DNA of 64,000 nucleotides, taken from a virus. Taxonomy: Duplodnaviria; Caudoviricetes. Shown piece after piece: positions 9,541 to 19,508 of this stretch (its first letter is position 1; each line of letters begins with the position of its first letter). The notes beneath the pieces were generated by a model. The model ran no database searches and had not been told where the DNA came from. It was given only the letters and a program-made list of their open reading frames with translations. The position numbers were made by a program, and so were the translations under genes. The DNA lies in the IMG/VR virus record IMGVR_UViG_3300037067_001739, positions 70,398 to 134,397 of that record. One strand, 5' to 3'.

Positions 9541-9822
9541 TACTCGGAGTCACTGGTTCGCCACACATACATGGTTTACCAGCACTAATTTCATAGTCAA
9601 CAATAGAATCACATCTAGGACAATAGGGAACGTACTGCTCACAATCTGCCACACAGACACGTAACTCATCATTTGTGACGTATCTCCATTTGCATGTTCC
9701 ATGTCCAGTATTGTCAAGGATACCATCATATCGCCACAAGTCTACGTACTCTTGACAATCCTCACAGAATATGAAGTCTTTACAAGTCATACCTCGAACT
9801 TCAATTTCTGTGTTGCCCTCAA

Positions 9823-10368
9823 TTAAGAAATCAGCACCCAATCGTCACCTTTGCCAATCTTAATACCACGAACAACAGGAACTTCCTCGATAACAGCGTC
9901 TTTGCCAAGTGGAAGTGCGACTCCCCACTGTTCAAATTCGTACCAGCTTGCGAGACCATAGCTGTCAAAATTGCCCTGCATCTTTTCGTAGATTTCCATG
10001 CCAGAATCTTCGCTGTTATCAGGGTCTTTGAGTACGATTAAGTTGATTGCTGATTCATCATTTGCCCACGCTCTTATTTCCATGTTATGCTCACGAGCGT
10101 AGTCTATGAGAATCTTTGCCTTGTCTGCTGTCCAGTTTCCTCTTAGATTTCCGAAAGCATGGTATGTGTATTGTGCAGGTGGATAGGTGCGAAACTGGTG
10201 CATCCTAGCCATAAATTTTTCGATACAATCCTTACCAGTATCAATCTCGACCATTCCCATATCTGCTCTGCCATCCTTTTCGATGGTGGGTTCGAGTTCG
10301 GGCGGAATTGGTTTCTCTGCAAGGACTATATCGTCATTATGGAGTATTTTAACTTTTTCAACTGACAT
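9823..10368 (-). CDS. Hypothetical protein
   Basis: 181-aa ORF in the co-directional gene run. Confidence 0.6.
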   Translation of the reverse strand: MSVEKVKILHNDDIVLAEKPIPPELEPTIEKDGRADMGMVEIDTGKDCIEKFMARMHQFRTYPPAQYTYHAFGNLRGNWTADKAKILIDYAREHNMEIRAWANDESAINLIVLKDPDNSEDSGMEIYEKMQGNFDSYGLASWYEFEQWGVALPLGKDAVIEEVPVVRGIKIGKGDDWVLIS

Positions 10369-10378
10369 TTTTTACTTC

Positions 10379-10489
10379 CTATAGGTCGTCTCTCATAGAG
10401 ATACACGCACCAAACTGTCTTGCACATGACAAGACAAATTCCTCAAAGGAGATTCCGTCTTTTATTTTATCAGTGTAACCAGTAGGCAT
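10379..10489 (-). pseudogene. Probable truncated remnant of an MPTGYT-start phage protein (36 aa)
   Basis: Manual translation MPTGYTDKIKDGISFEEFVLSCARQFGACISMRDDL*; I recall this N-terminus from much longer phage proteins. Confidence 0.4.
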
Positions 10490-10914
10490 TAGCTATAAGC
10501 CTTTCCCTCTTGGTCAACTAACCAGCCACAATCAGGACATTTGACATATCCCATTTTAACTTCTGGTTCTTCGACCCAATCGAACCTCATACCACAGTTT
10601 GAACAGGTGACAGTGTTGTCGGATTCCTCTATTAGAGTTCCTTTGCCTTCTTTGTCCACCATGTAACCCATGTTGAAGTTTCGCTGTTTCATGTAAGGCA
10701 ATAATTCTGTATCATCGTCATAAGAAACAACTTCAAGTAATGTGTCACTGTCAAGCAAAGCCAGTTTCTTGTCGGAGTATCCCATTGCATACATAGCCCT
10801 GCACAAAGTCATACCCAAGAAAAGTGACTCTGTGAGCACAGGAACTATTCCGTACTCTCGGCAGATAAATAGCATTTCAGGTATGTTAGTAGCACATTTA
10901 AGTGTCGTTATCAT
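10489..10914 (-). CDS. Hypothetical protein with C-terminal Zn ribbon
   Basis: CSNC...CPDC. Confidence 0.6.
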   Translation of the reverse strand: MITTLKCATNIPEMLFICREYGIVPVLTESLFLGMTLCRAMYAMGYSDKKLALLDSDTLLEVVSYDDDTELLPYMKQRNFNMGYMVDKEGKGTLIEESDNTVTCSNCGMRFDWVEEPEVKMGYVKCPDCGWLVDQEGKAYS

Positions 10915-11210
10915 CTTATTCGAACAAACTCCGCTTTCATTATATTATCCATCAATTGCCAATTTTTCATAGCAAACTTTGCAAATTTTGCAGGTGGTAC
11001 TTCCCCAAAGTCATATGTTAAGAGGTTGGGACAAGTCAACTCAAAGGTAGCCTCTACCAGAACTATGCTATTGTAAACATTTGAGATGTACCGAGATGTT
11101 ACCCTAAAAACCTTACTGGTTATGCACTGAAACCTCTTTGGGCATTCATTACAATTATCATTTATAAGATTTTTTATGGGTATTTGAATTACAATTCTCA
11201 TGTATCTCAA
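10911..11210 (-). CDS. Hypothetical protein with tag motif
   Basis: CNECPKRFQCIT. Confidence 0.7.
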   Translation of the reverse strand: MRYMRIVIQIPIKNLINDNCNECPKRFQCITSKVFRVTSRYISNVYNSIVLVEATFELTCPNLLTYDFGEVPPAKFAKFAMKNWQLMDNIMKAEFVRIR

Positions 11211-11406
11211 CCAGTTCTCTTTGTATCTGTCTATGGGCTAACTCAGTGTTGACGCTACGCTCTAGGGCGGGATAGTCCTCTTTCCATCTGCGGAGAACAT
11301 CATCAGAATATGGAGCGGCACATTTGTAATGTCTATCTGTCCAGCAAATGAATCGCTGTTCACAGGTGTTGCATACTTCTGGTGTGCCAACTAATTGCCT
11401 ATCTAT
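11158..11406 (-). CDS. Unannotated tag-motif reading frame lacking ATG/GTG/TTG start
   Basis: Manual translation from ATA 11406: IDRQLVGTPEVCNTCEQRFICWTDRHYKC...KKSYK*; fills the gap between 11210 and 11399. Confidence 0.6.
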   Translation of the reverse strand: MDRQLVGTPEVCNTCEQRFICWTDRHYKCAAPYSDDVLRRWKEDYPALERSVNTELAHRQIQRELVEIHENCNSNTHKKSYK

Positions 11407-11767
11407 CTTTGTAAATCCCCGCTTGTCTTAACTGGTTCAGGTCAAACTCTGCCTCACGATTAGTCCAGCAGATAAACCGCATATTGCAAGCATCGCACTG
11501 TGTTGGATAATTCTTGCACAGGATGGGGACTTTATTACCCCATTCTTTACTGCCGTCTACACCTGTAATAAGCCGACCCACACCGTCAACGGTTAGTCCC
11601 TCTCTCCGCAGAGCGTCAATATGCTTACATGTTCTATTGCCACGCTGGTTGAATATCCAACTTGGACAGTTACAGGAGAATAAGCCCTTCTCATCAACCT
11701 TTATCTTGTAGGTTCTCCTGCCATTGGAAGATGGGACTTCTGCAAAGAAATTGTATGTTTTGCTCAT
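11399..11767 (-). CDS. SWIM zinc-finger protein with C-terminal tag motif
   Basis: SCNCPSW...CKHI (SWIM) followed by CDACNMRFICWT. Confidence 0.75.
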   Translation of the reverse strand: MSKTYNFFAEVPSSNGRRTYKIKVDEKGLFSCNCPSWIFNQRGNRTCKHIDALRREGLTVDGVGRLITGVDGSKEWGNKVPILCKNYPTQCDACNMRFICWTNREAEFDLNQLRQAGIYKDR

Positions 11768-11768
11768 T

Positions 11769-12131
11769 TTAGTGCCTCACCAAATTATCGAATGGGCATC
11801 CAATCAGGACTCCCCAATCATCTGCCTCGTGTGACCCATAGTTATACTTGCCACAAGCTTTACATCTGAACTTCTCATTGAATGACACCTGTTGCCACTT
11901 CACCATAAAGACCTCTTTACAGTGCGGACAAAGCATAAGTTGGGTCTTATCTCGTTTGTAAAGTTCATCAACTACGAAATGTCGCCCCAACTCGCTAGGG
12001 TTCATCGTTACTTGTAGTGTGTCCTCTCTGACAGTATAACAAGCGTAACGCCACCTACACGTACCGCATTGTTCGTCACAATACGTGCTGGTGGCGTACT
12101 GTCCTGCTAGATAAACCTCTAGTTTCTTCAT
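11769..12131 (-). CDS. Hypothetical protein with tag motif and Zn ribbon
   Basis: CGTCRWRYACYT; CPHC..CKAC; start at MKKLEV just downstream of the 12141 promoter. Confidence 0.7.
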   Translation of the reverse strand: MKKLEVYLAGQYATSTYCDEQCGTCRWRYACYTVREDTLQVTMNPSELGRHFVVDELYKRDKTQLMLCPHCKEVFMVKWQQVSFNEKFRCKACGKYNYGSHEADDWGVLIGCPFDNLVRH

Positions 12132-12140
12132 TCTGCTATA

Positions 12141-12169
12141 ATTATAGCACGTGCCGCTTATGTTGTCAA
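12141..12169 (-). promoter_or_regulatory. sigma70-type promoter, class A
   Basis: TTGACAACATAAGCGGCACGTGCTATAAT. Confidence 0.85.
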
Positions 12170-12172
12170 GGT

Positions 12173-12469
12173 TTACTTTCTGTCGGTAAAACACTTAAAG
12201 CGATTGGAGCAGTAGTCACAAGCGGAGTCAAGTTTGTTGTGGTAGGCTTCATTACAGAATTGAGCAATCAACTCGGTGTTGCCACTACCATTGCTTCCAT
12301 GTGTCTTGTAGACTTTGACAATATCCTTGCCAGTCTCATCATCGTAGTAGCACTCAACCCTTGCACCCACACTCCATCCCCGAATGTGACCTGAGATGCC
12401 GCTGTCTTTACTACCACCCCTAGTTGCCGCACCACGATTACCCTGAATTTCCGCATAAAAGTGTGACAT
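12173..12469 (-). CDS. Hypothetical protein with C-terminal tag motif
   Basis: Ends CDYCSNRFKCFTDRK. Confidence 0.7.
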   Translation of the reverse strand: MSHFYAEIQGNRGAATRGGSKDSGISGHIRGWSVGARVECYYDDETGKDIVKVYKTHGSNGSGNTELIAQFCNEAYHNKLDSACDYCSNRFKCFTDRK

Positions 12470-12636
12470 TAAATGTTTTTACCTCGCTTCAAAGTTTGGT
12501 GCGGCAGGAAGTTTTAATTCCAGTTCCGCTAACCGTTGCTTGTCTTGCGGCGACATGGTAAGAGTACCCATTGTCTCTACGACTTTGAAATACTTCTTGT
12601 ATATCGCCACCATTTCGAGCAAAATTTCTTCCTTTG

Positions 12637-13170
12637 TCATCGCCAGAACCTCTTTGTTATTTTAGGATTTCTGTGGAACTTCTGAGGGTCTTGCTCGTAC
12701 ACTCGGCTTTCCTCTGGTTTGCCATGTTGGGAAGTGTAACACTTAAACCTATCAGGACAAGTGCCACAGATTTTCTCAACCTCTGCGTTGAGCTTTTCCC
12801 TGATTTCTGAATGGGGCTTACTCCTACAATCTTTACACAGGGGAATGATGAAATTGCAGGTATTCACTCCTTCGAATGTAAGCCGTTCAATGGTGGTAGC
12901 ATAGAGATTATCTCCCTTTACTAACCCACAAATAGCACACACTACCATACGTGACCGTTCACGTTCTTTCTTTCGGCATGACTCACATATCGGTTTGATA
13001 ACGGTATAGCCATTCTCTACCATCGTGTATGGTCTGACATTCTCGTGTACGAATCCGCAGGTAGAACACCAACCGATACGATGCTTGATAGCTTTCTTGC
13101 CGTCACGCAGGGGTTGTCCGCTGTTCCTTGACCAGTTGTTCATCATGCTATCACCTTCGTTGTTAAGCAC
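12637..13170 (-). CDS. Multi-Zn-finger hypothetical protein with tag motif
   Basis: Four CxxC pairs plus CGTCPDRFKCYT. Confidence 0.7.
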   Translation of the reverse strand: MLNNEGDSMMNNWSRNSGQPLRDGKKAIKHRIGWCSTCGFVHENVRPYTMVENGYTVIKPICESCRKKERERSRMVVCAICGLVKGDNLYATTIERLTFEGVNTCNFIIPLCKDCRSKPHSEIREKLNAEVEKICGTCPDRFKCYTSQHGKPEESRVYEQDPQKFHRNPKITKRFWR

Positions 13171-13709
13171 TTGAATCTGTTGTCACAATTGCCGCAATGG
13201 TTTCCCTCCCCAAGCGGCACTTCCTCGATACTGACTTTGATAAATTTGCCTGCGTGCATTTTGAAAATCTCCGTCAAGTCCTTGAATTTATCGTACTGAA
13301 CCACACCATAATGGCGGTTGTGTTCAGTCGGGAATACAGGACAACCAAGATAGTGAAACACTTCCATTATCCTGCCATGTTCATCATGGTCAACCTCTTC
13401 TTCGTCCTCGCCAACATAACCTTCGAGTGTAAGAGGTAATCCAGTTGCAAGCTGACTCTCAACGCCAAGCTTGGTACGCTTTACTAACTGGATATGCTTC
13501 CTAATCTCATCAATAGGTGGTTTTGAGTTGGTAAAATCACGCTGATACCCATAGGTAGTCAGCCACTTTTCAACCTTACTGATGGTTTCTTGCAATTCCG
13601 CAAGCTTGGTGATGAAGTATTCCCGTTCTGTTCCGTTCATGTTATTCACTCTTTTTGACGTAGTTAAACCCTTTGAGGACGCCACTGACAATCCATAGAC
13701 CGAGTTCAA
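13143..13709 (-). CDS. Hypothetical protein with C-terminal tag motif
   Basis: Ends CGNCDNRFKCLTTKVIA; start probably at MNGTER. Confidence 0.7.
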   Translation of the reverse strand: MNSVYGLSVASSKGLTTSKRVNNMNGTEREYFITKLAELQETISKVEKWLTTYGYQRDFTNSKPPIDEIRKHIQLVKRTKLGVESQLATGLPLTLEGYVGEDEEEVDHDEHGRIMEVFHYLGCPVFPTEHNRHYGVVQYDKFKDLTEIFKMHAGKFIKVSIEEVPLGEGNHCGNCDNRFKCLTTKVIA

Positions 13710-14032
13710 CGGAGAGTGCCTGAGCGTAAGTGATGGTCATGAAGCCGAAGATACTCGCAATTCCACCCCAAGCGAGCATAACCAACCATGCACCGAAAGC
13801 AAAGCAAGCCGCCACCAGTATAGCTACTAGCAGGACAATGCCCACCCATCCGAAGAAGCCTATGTCGTTCTTCCTCATTCCGTACATTTTGTTCTCCCTT
13901 CTTAGAGAAGTAATAGCAGTAAGAGCCACCAAGGACTGTACTGCACCGCAAGGTACACGGACAATCCTACGATGAACACGCACCACAGAAATGCCACCCA
14001 TATGTACTGCTTGAACAGTTTTTCAATCGTCA

Positions 14033-15976
14033 TTAGTCATTCTCCATAACAATTACTTTACCCAACTTGGGACTCCAGCCGTTGGTGTAATGCTCAGGTG
14101 TCATAACCCAAATCGTAGGACAAGGAATCTTCTTGGGATAGTCGCCAGCTCCATCGGTCAGATAGATGATACCGTCAATCTTACCCTTGAGCTTGAACTT
14201 TTCGCCATTGCTATTCTTGTATATCTTTTTCTCTACGAATTTGAACACAGGTACGAAGCTTGTACCACCGTAACCGTACCTCTTGATGCCCTGACCCTTG
14301 GGTGGTTTCTTCTTGTACTCTTGAACATGGGTTATATCCATATCGCACTCAACGTGCGTGATACCTACCCCTGCGGAGAACATAGCCCCGATTTCTTTCC
14401 AGAACATCGCAAATTCTTTGTCGTCAACGCTACCAGAGCTATCAGTCGCCACCACGAAATGTGCTTTCCTCTTGACCTTATAGCCAGGGAATGTGACAGG
14501 GAATCTTCGATTTAGCCTCTTTCGAGTGCTCTCGAATTTGGCGAACTCACGGAATCCATAGAACCTGCGGAGTTCGGATTTCCACGTGATAGTCTTGTGC
14601 TCAAGGCATTCATCCACAAGACCTTTCAACCATCCAGGCATATTTCCTTGAGACTTCTCACTAGCTTTATGGACAGCTTTCTTGACCATTTCCTTGATTT
14701 TCTCGTGAGCCATTTCACGATTATCACTACCTGCCGCCCACACTTCGTGATTGTCCATCGGCATCGGGATGTCAATTCCATTTACCCGAACATTGCAACC
14801 GCTACCAGTCTGCGGCGATTCTTTCTGTTCCTGCTCACCCTGACCATCGCCAGAACCTTGACCCTCGTCTTGTTTCTGCTCGTACTCTCCGTGACCGCTT
14901 CCACCTTTGCCCAATGACTGCTCATTAGCTTGTCCTTGAGAGCCAAGACTACCTTGGTCTTTAGCTTGACCTTTACCATTCTGACCATTGCCAGAGTCCT
15001 GTCCACCACCCTGCTGACTGCCATCAGCACCTTGTCCAGTCTGCTGACCTTGACCACCACCAGAGCCGCTCTGCTGTTGACCCTGTTGGTCGCCACCTTG
15101 TCCCTGTCCCTGTCCCTGTTGGTTTCCAGACTGACCTTGCTGACCACCCTGTCCGCCACCTTGCTGAGACTGCTGACCCTGTTTACCAGCCTGACCACTT
15201 TGTCCTTGTGACTGCCCCTGCCCCTGCTGGTTTTGCTGTCCCTGTTGCTGTTGTCCTTGCTGACCATTGCCATTCTGGTCAGACTTACCCTGACCCATCT
15301 GTTGCTTCGCCGCACTCTCTTGCTTACCAGTGATAGAGCTACCGATTTCAATGACCATCTTCGGAACTTTCGCCCAAAGAACATCATAGTATAACTCGGA
15401 AGCTTTTTCCTTGTCGAGAGTTATCTTGTTATTGCCGACTCGGAAGTTATTGTAGTCCAACGTCTCGAATTTATGAGCCTTCGGGTCAAGGTCTTTATTA
15501 CAAAGCGGGCAATTCTTACGGAACTGTCCCGTTGCGGTTTTACGTACAAAGACGTTACAGTCTGGACACATTAGCCCACTCGGTAACCCCTTAATGTACT
15601 GGTTGATTGCAATATCATTAGCCAGATTCCAGACATAGTGATTACGCCCCTCAACCCTAAGCAAGTGTTTGTTAAGAATGTGAAGAATCTCATGCTCAAG
15701 GCACGCAATCTTTTCCTCTTGGGTCAGTCCCCAAGAATGTGCGGAGGGGTTTGCTTTGTCGTAGTCGCCAGAATTGTAGAAGTCAGTATTGATAAACAAA
15801 TGAGGTTGTAACTCATTGCTTACCATAACTGCCATTGTGCGGACAATCTTACCAGCACCATCTACGCAATTTTTTCCGCTTACGCTGTGCCTGCGGAACT
15901 GCTGGAGAAGATGCCCATAAAAATGCTTATGTTGTAGAAGCAATTCAATTACTTCGGGTTCGATAAGTTCAGCCAT
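14033..15976 (-). CDS. Metallopeptidase-like (HExxH) plus VWA domain protein (DUF2201-type) with Gly/Gln-rich linker
   Basis: LEHEILH, WNLANDIAIN, DSSGS MIDAS motif, GGTSF, YLTDG; adjacent to MoxR ATPase. Confidence 0.85.
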   Translation of the reverse strand: MAELIEPEVIELLLQHKHFYGHLLQQFRRHSVSGKNCVDGAGKIVRTMAVMVSNELQPHLFINTDFYNSGDYDKANPSAHSWGLTQEEKIACLEHEILHILNKHLLRVEGRNHYVWNLANDIAINQYIKGLPSGLMCPDCNVFVRKTATGQFRKNCPLCNKDLDPKAHKFETLDYNNFRVGNNKITLDKEKASELYYDVLWAKVPKMVIEIGSSITGKQESAAKQQMGQGKSDQNGNGQQGQQQQGQQNQQGQGQSQGQSGQAGKQGQQSQQGGGQGGQQGQSGNQQGQGQGQGGDQQGQQQSGSGGGQGQQTGQGADGSQQGGGQDSGNGQNGKGQAKDQGSLGSQGQANEQSLGKGGSGHGEYEQKQDEGQGSGDGQGEQEQKESPQTGSGCNVRVNGIDIPMPMDNHEVWAAGSDNREMAHEKIKEMVKKAVHKASEKSQGNMPGWLKGLVDECLEHKTITWKSELRRFYGFREFAKFESTRKRLNRRFPVTFPGYKVKRKAHFVVATDSSGSVDDKEFAMFWKEIGAMFSAGVGITHVECDMDITHVQEYKKKPPKGQGIKRYGYGGTSFVPVFKFVEKKIYKNSNGEKFKLKGKIDGIIYLTDGAGDYPKKIPCPTIWVMTPEHYTNGWSPKLGKVIVMEND

Positions 15977-16036
15977 AACACTCCTTATTTGATGGGTGCA
16001 GGAATGACGTTTGCCACTCCCGCACCCTGATAAATT

Positions 16037-17212
16037 CTAGCCGATGTCACCCTTGCGTGCATGTTTGAGGATTGCGAACAGGTCGTCACGGTGGAGTAAA
16101 AGCCTGTCATTAACCGCAGGATTTAACGCAAGGTCTTTCAGAACGGAGAAAGCCAAGTCCTCTGGAAGCATGATGAAGAAGTCACCGACATTGTTTAACT
16201 GCTTATCCGTGTACTTCTCCGCCTTTGTGCCAGAGAGACAATCGTTGATTTCATCGAGCGTAATCCTGAGCAGGTCAAATCTGGTATTGCCCTCGCCAGC
16301 TTCGATTTGAGAGACAACCCTGTCACGCACCTTAGCGAAGTTGTTGAAGATTTCCTGTGCCTTTATCGGTTTGTCAAGGTCGGTCTTGAGGGAATTGACG
16401 AAGCTGATTGCCGCAGTCGCACCAATTACCGTCTCCGCAACCTCTGCCCAATATTTGCGAGGTATGGTGTCACCGCTTAACAGTTTGTGCAGGAACTCGT
16501 ATGCACGAGGCGTTGGTGCGATTTCAATAGGAATGTCAATCGCATCATTGCCGAGGAATTTTTCTTCCATTGAAATAAAGTCTATAATATCCTGCATGAC
16601 TTTCTTTTCACGTGCCCACTTTAACCAGTTGCTCGTGGTCATAGCAAACTTGATATGCACGAACCTGTTCATCAAAGCGGGGTCAATTTCCTCGACATTG
16701 TATTCCTGTCCAGTGCCAGCATCGGAACTTGGGGGATTACAAGCGCAGACAATCGGACAGTTATCGGGAATTTTGTGCGTGTGTATTCTACGGTCAAGCA
16801 CAATCTGGAATGCCGCTTGCTGTACGTCAAGTCTCCCACGATTAAACTCGTCAAAGAACAGAGCACGTTTCTCGCCGTCAGTCGGAAACCATGATGGGGG
16901 TAACCACACCATTTTACCGACTATAGGAATCTTTGCCCCCTCTTGCTCACACATCGGACAGTGAGTGAAGCGAGCCGAGAACCCATACTCCGTATGACAT
17001 TTTGGACAATAGAAGCTTGACGCAGGATGCCCGATTAAGTCACCGACTTCCATCTGACCGAGACGAAGGTCTATGACTTCGTAGCCAAGTTTCTCGTACA
17101 CATCACGGACAACTTGACTTTTACCGATACCATGCTTGCCCCATAGCATCGGTGTGAGTCCAACTTCGCCACAACGCTTTAAGATAAGCTGGACAAGTTC
17201 AAGATTTTCCAT
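16037..17212 (-). CDS. MoxR-type AAA+ ATPase with Zn-ribbon insertion
   Basis: GKHGIGKS (Walker A), FFDEFNR (Walker B), ACNP, DPALMNRF, PTPR. Confidence 0.85.
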   Translation of the reverse strand: MENLELVQLILKRCGEVGLTPMLWGKHGIGKSQVVRDVYEKLGYEVIDLRLGQMEVGDLIGHPASSFYCPKCHTEYGFSARFTHCPMCEQEGAKIPIVGKMVWLPPSWFPTDGEKRALFFDEFNRGRLDVQQAAFQIVLDRRIHTHKIPDNCPIVCACNPPSSDAGTGQEYNVEEIDPALMNRFVHIKFAMTTSNWLKWAREKKVMQDIIDFISMEEKFLGNDAIDIPIEIAPTPRAYEFLHKLLSGDTIPRKYWAEVAETVIGATAAISFVNSLKTDLDKPIKAQEIFNNFAKVRDRVVSQIEAGEGNTRFDLLRITLDEINDCLSGTKAEKYTDKQLNNVGDFFIMLPEDLAFSVLKDLALNPAVNDRLLLHRDDLFAILKHARKGDIG

Positions 17213-17240
17213 ATAAACCTCTCTTTATCATGATACTATA

Positions 17241-17269
17241 ATTCTATCACAAGCCGCCATTATTGTCAA
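17241..17269 (-). promoter_or_regulatory. sigma70-type promoter, class A, upstream of MoxR/VWA
   Basis: TTGACAATAATGGCGGCTTGTGATAGAAT. Confidence 0.8.
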
Positions 17270-17804
17270 CCTGTGCATCTGGCGTAATTTTGAACCACCC
17301 ATCAAAAGTCTCACCATCAATGAGTTTGGGGACTTTCATTAGGTTGAGTCTTTGCCTCTTTGCGATGTTTTGAAACGCTCTGATTTGTGCCAGGGTAAAT
17401 GCTCTTGAGTCTGTACGATACATAATATCTGACACAAGCTGTTGAACCCTGCCGAGATTTAACTCCATCAGACGGTAGCCAAGTTTCCTAGCTTCTCTCT
17501 GCTCGAAAATTTTATCATCGGTAGTAATACAAGCATCGAGATATAGGCTCGTTGCAAGTGACCTCTGCTTATCACTTAACATTCCCTTATGGATGATTTG
17601 ACTTTGCAGGCTTTCAACAAGATACCGCACCCAAGGTAAACGCTCTTTTGTTTCGTTTAGTCTGTTCCACAGGGTGGCATTTTCAGGTTTAGACTTGAAC
17701 TCATTTATTGCCGTGTCCCTGTCCTTACCTGTGAAGCTATTTGCAGGTGCGGTCTGTTGCCACTGAACTTTTCTGGATACCGCACCCCAATATCTACTTT
17801 TCAT
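17247..17804 (-). CDS. Hypothetical protein
   Basis: 185-aa ORF in operon. Confidence 0.6.
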   Translation of the reverse strand: MKSRYWGAVSRKVQWQQTAPANSFTGKDRDTAINEFKSKPENATLWNRLNETKERLPWVRYLVESLQSQIIHKGMLSDKQRSLATSLYLDACITTDDKIFEQREARKLGYRLMELNLGRVQQLVSDIMYRTDSRAFTLAQIRAFQNIAKRQRLNLMKVPKLIDGETFDGWFKITPDAQVDNNGGL

Positions 17805-18377
17805 TGCCGAGTCCGTTTAGTCCTTTAAGTTCGTCATTGCCAAACCAGTTGGTCATCATATCAGTAAATTTTCCTAAGCCGAGCATATCCCCTATGCTGG
17901 TGTTGAGAATCTTGAGCAAAATAAGGTATTCTAATGCCATTGAGATTGCAACTGCTTGAGGGTCACCAGACATTAAAGCCCCCATCGCAAATTTATTTGC
18001 CCTCTCTGTGACGAAGTGGTACAGAACAGGGTTACTGTCATGGAGACTTTGAAGCTCGGTATCCAGCCATTTCTGGACTTCACCAGCAACAATGTGCTTA
18101 TTAAGAGCCTTGAATTGCTCTTTTATATGGTTTTCGGCTACCTTTGGTAGATTATCCATCATCATGAGACAAACCTCATAATTGCCATCATCACAGCAAA
18201 CTGGATATTCGGGTCAAATGGTAGCCATAATGGTACATGTTTGAGTAAAAATTCGTACATAACACTCCTAATTAAAACAGAGTCGGGCAGGTGAAGGAAA
18301 CGGTACTTACACTAATCTTGTCGAAATTCGACTGTGCCCTCGCCTAGTTTCCAATCACCTGCGCCGCAACCCCCAAA

Positions 18378-18746
18378 TTAAGACTTATTGCGGAAGTGCC
18401 GAAGAATATCGGGTGGTTCTTTTGGTTGACCTTGGTCTGCCGCTTTCTCCATCGCTTCTGCCATGTCCTTCATCGCTTTCATAGCGACTACCATCTGCAT
18501 CTTTTGTGTATAGGCTTTAATCGCTGTGGTAACCAAGTTTATCGAGGTCAATAGCGCAAGAAGGATGCCGACACCCTTGAGCATTGTCAAGAATGTTACT
18601 GACGTTGCAACGGACAGCATAGCCACTCCGACTACATTCCATCCGAGAGTGAGCAATCCTGCCGCAATGCACGCAAGACCACCCAAGATTACGAGTGCCA
18701 GAAGCACTCCGAGGAATACGGAAAGCACTTTTGATTTAATGTTCAT
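18378..18746 (-). CDS. Membrane protein
   Basis: Two long hydrophobic segments. Confidence 0.6.
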   Translation of the reverse strand: MNIKSKVLSVFLGVLLALVILGGLACIAAGLLTLGWNVVGVAMLSVATSVTFLTMLKGVGILLALLTSINLVTTAIKAYTQKMQMVVAMKAMKDMAEAMEKAADQGQPKEPPDILRHFRNKS

Positions 18747-19508
18747 TTACTTCTCCACCAGAGCCTTTAACGCATCCTCAAGGTTCTGTTGCGGTTGAGC
18801 CGCAGGTGTCGCAACGGTAACCGTCTTACCAGACAGTTTGTCCTGAGCCATCTGGTTGAGCGCATCGAGGTATTTGTCGGAATAGTCCTCATGGGTGAAC
18901 GGTTTGGAGAACTTGCCGATAACCTGCGTAATCAGGTCAAGCTGAACGCTGGAAACCTCGGATTTCGGCACTTGCGGTGCGTCTTTCATTTCGTTTGACC
19001 AGTACAAGGTGGACATAACCAGTCCCCCGTTGAGAGGGCGAATAACGCAGAGACTTTCTCTCTGACGAACTGCCACCTTTCCGATTGCTACCTTGTTCAG
19101 TTTCTTCAGACCTTCAGCAAAGAGATTGAAAGCCTGAACACCGACTTCATCAGGTGCAACGTAATAGGTAGTCTCGAAAAGCAGGGGATTGATTTCCTGT
19201 GCCTGTACGAAGCGGTCAACCTCGATGTTTTTTGTAGTAGCCAACGGTAGACTGGCAAGTTCATCGTTGGAGAACGTGACCACCTGTCCCTTGCTAACCT
19301 CAAGCCCTTTCACGATGTCGTCTTTGGAAAGTTCTTTATTGCAGGTCTTACAATAAGCTTTCCTGCCACCCGCACCCATATCATCTTTATGGTATTCGTG
19401 CAGGTTGCTCTTGGCTTCTCTCGCTATCCCATCCAGTCGAACAGGAATGAGAAAAGCACCGCCGATGGAGATTGCCATTTTCCATCCACGACTTTGACCC
19501 TTAGCCAT
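18747..19508 (-). CDS. ku: Ku (NHEJ DNA end-binding) protein
   Basis: W..AISIG..IPVRL, DIVKGLEVSKGQVV, IEVDRFV, YYVAPD, KVAIGKVAVRQRE, YSDKY..NLEDALKA. Confidence 0.9.
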   Translation of the reverse strand: MAKGQSRGWKMAISIGGAFLIPVRLDGIAREAKSNLHEYHKDDMGAGGRKAYCKTCNKELSKDDIVKGLEVSKGQVVTFSNDELASLPLATTKNIEVDRFVQAQEINPLLFETTYYVAPDEVGVQAFNLFAEGLKKLNKVAIGKVAVRQRESLCVIRPLNGGLVMSTLYWSNEMKDAPQVPKSEVSSVQLDLITQVIGKFSKPFTHEDYSDKYLDALNQMAQDKLSGKTVTVATPAAQPQQNLEDALKALVEK

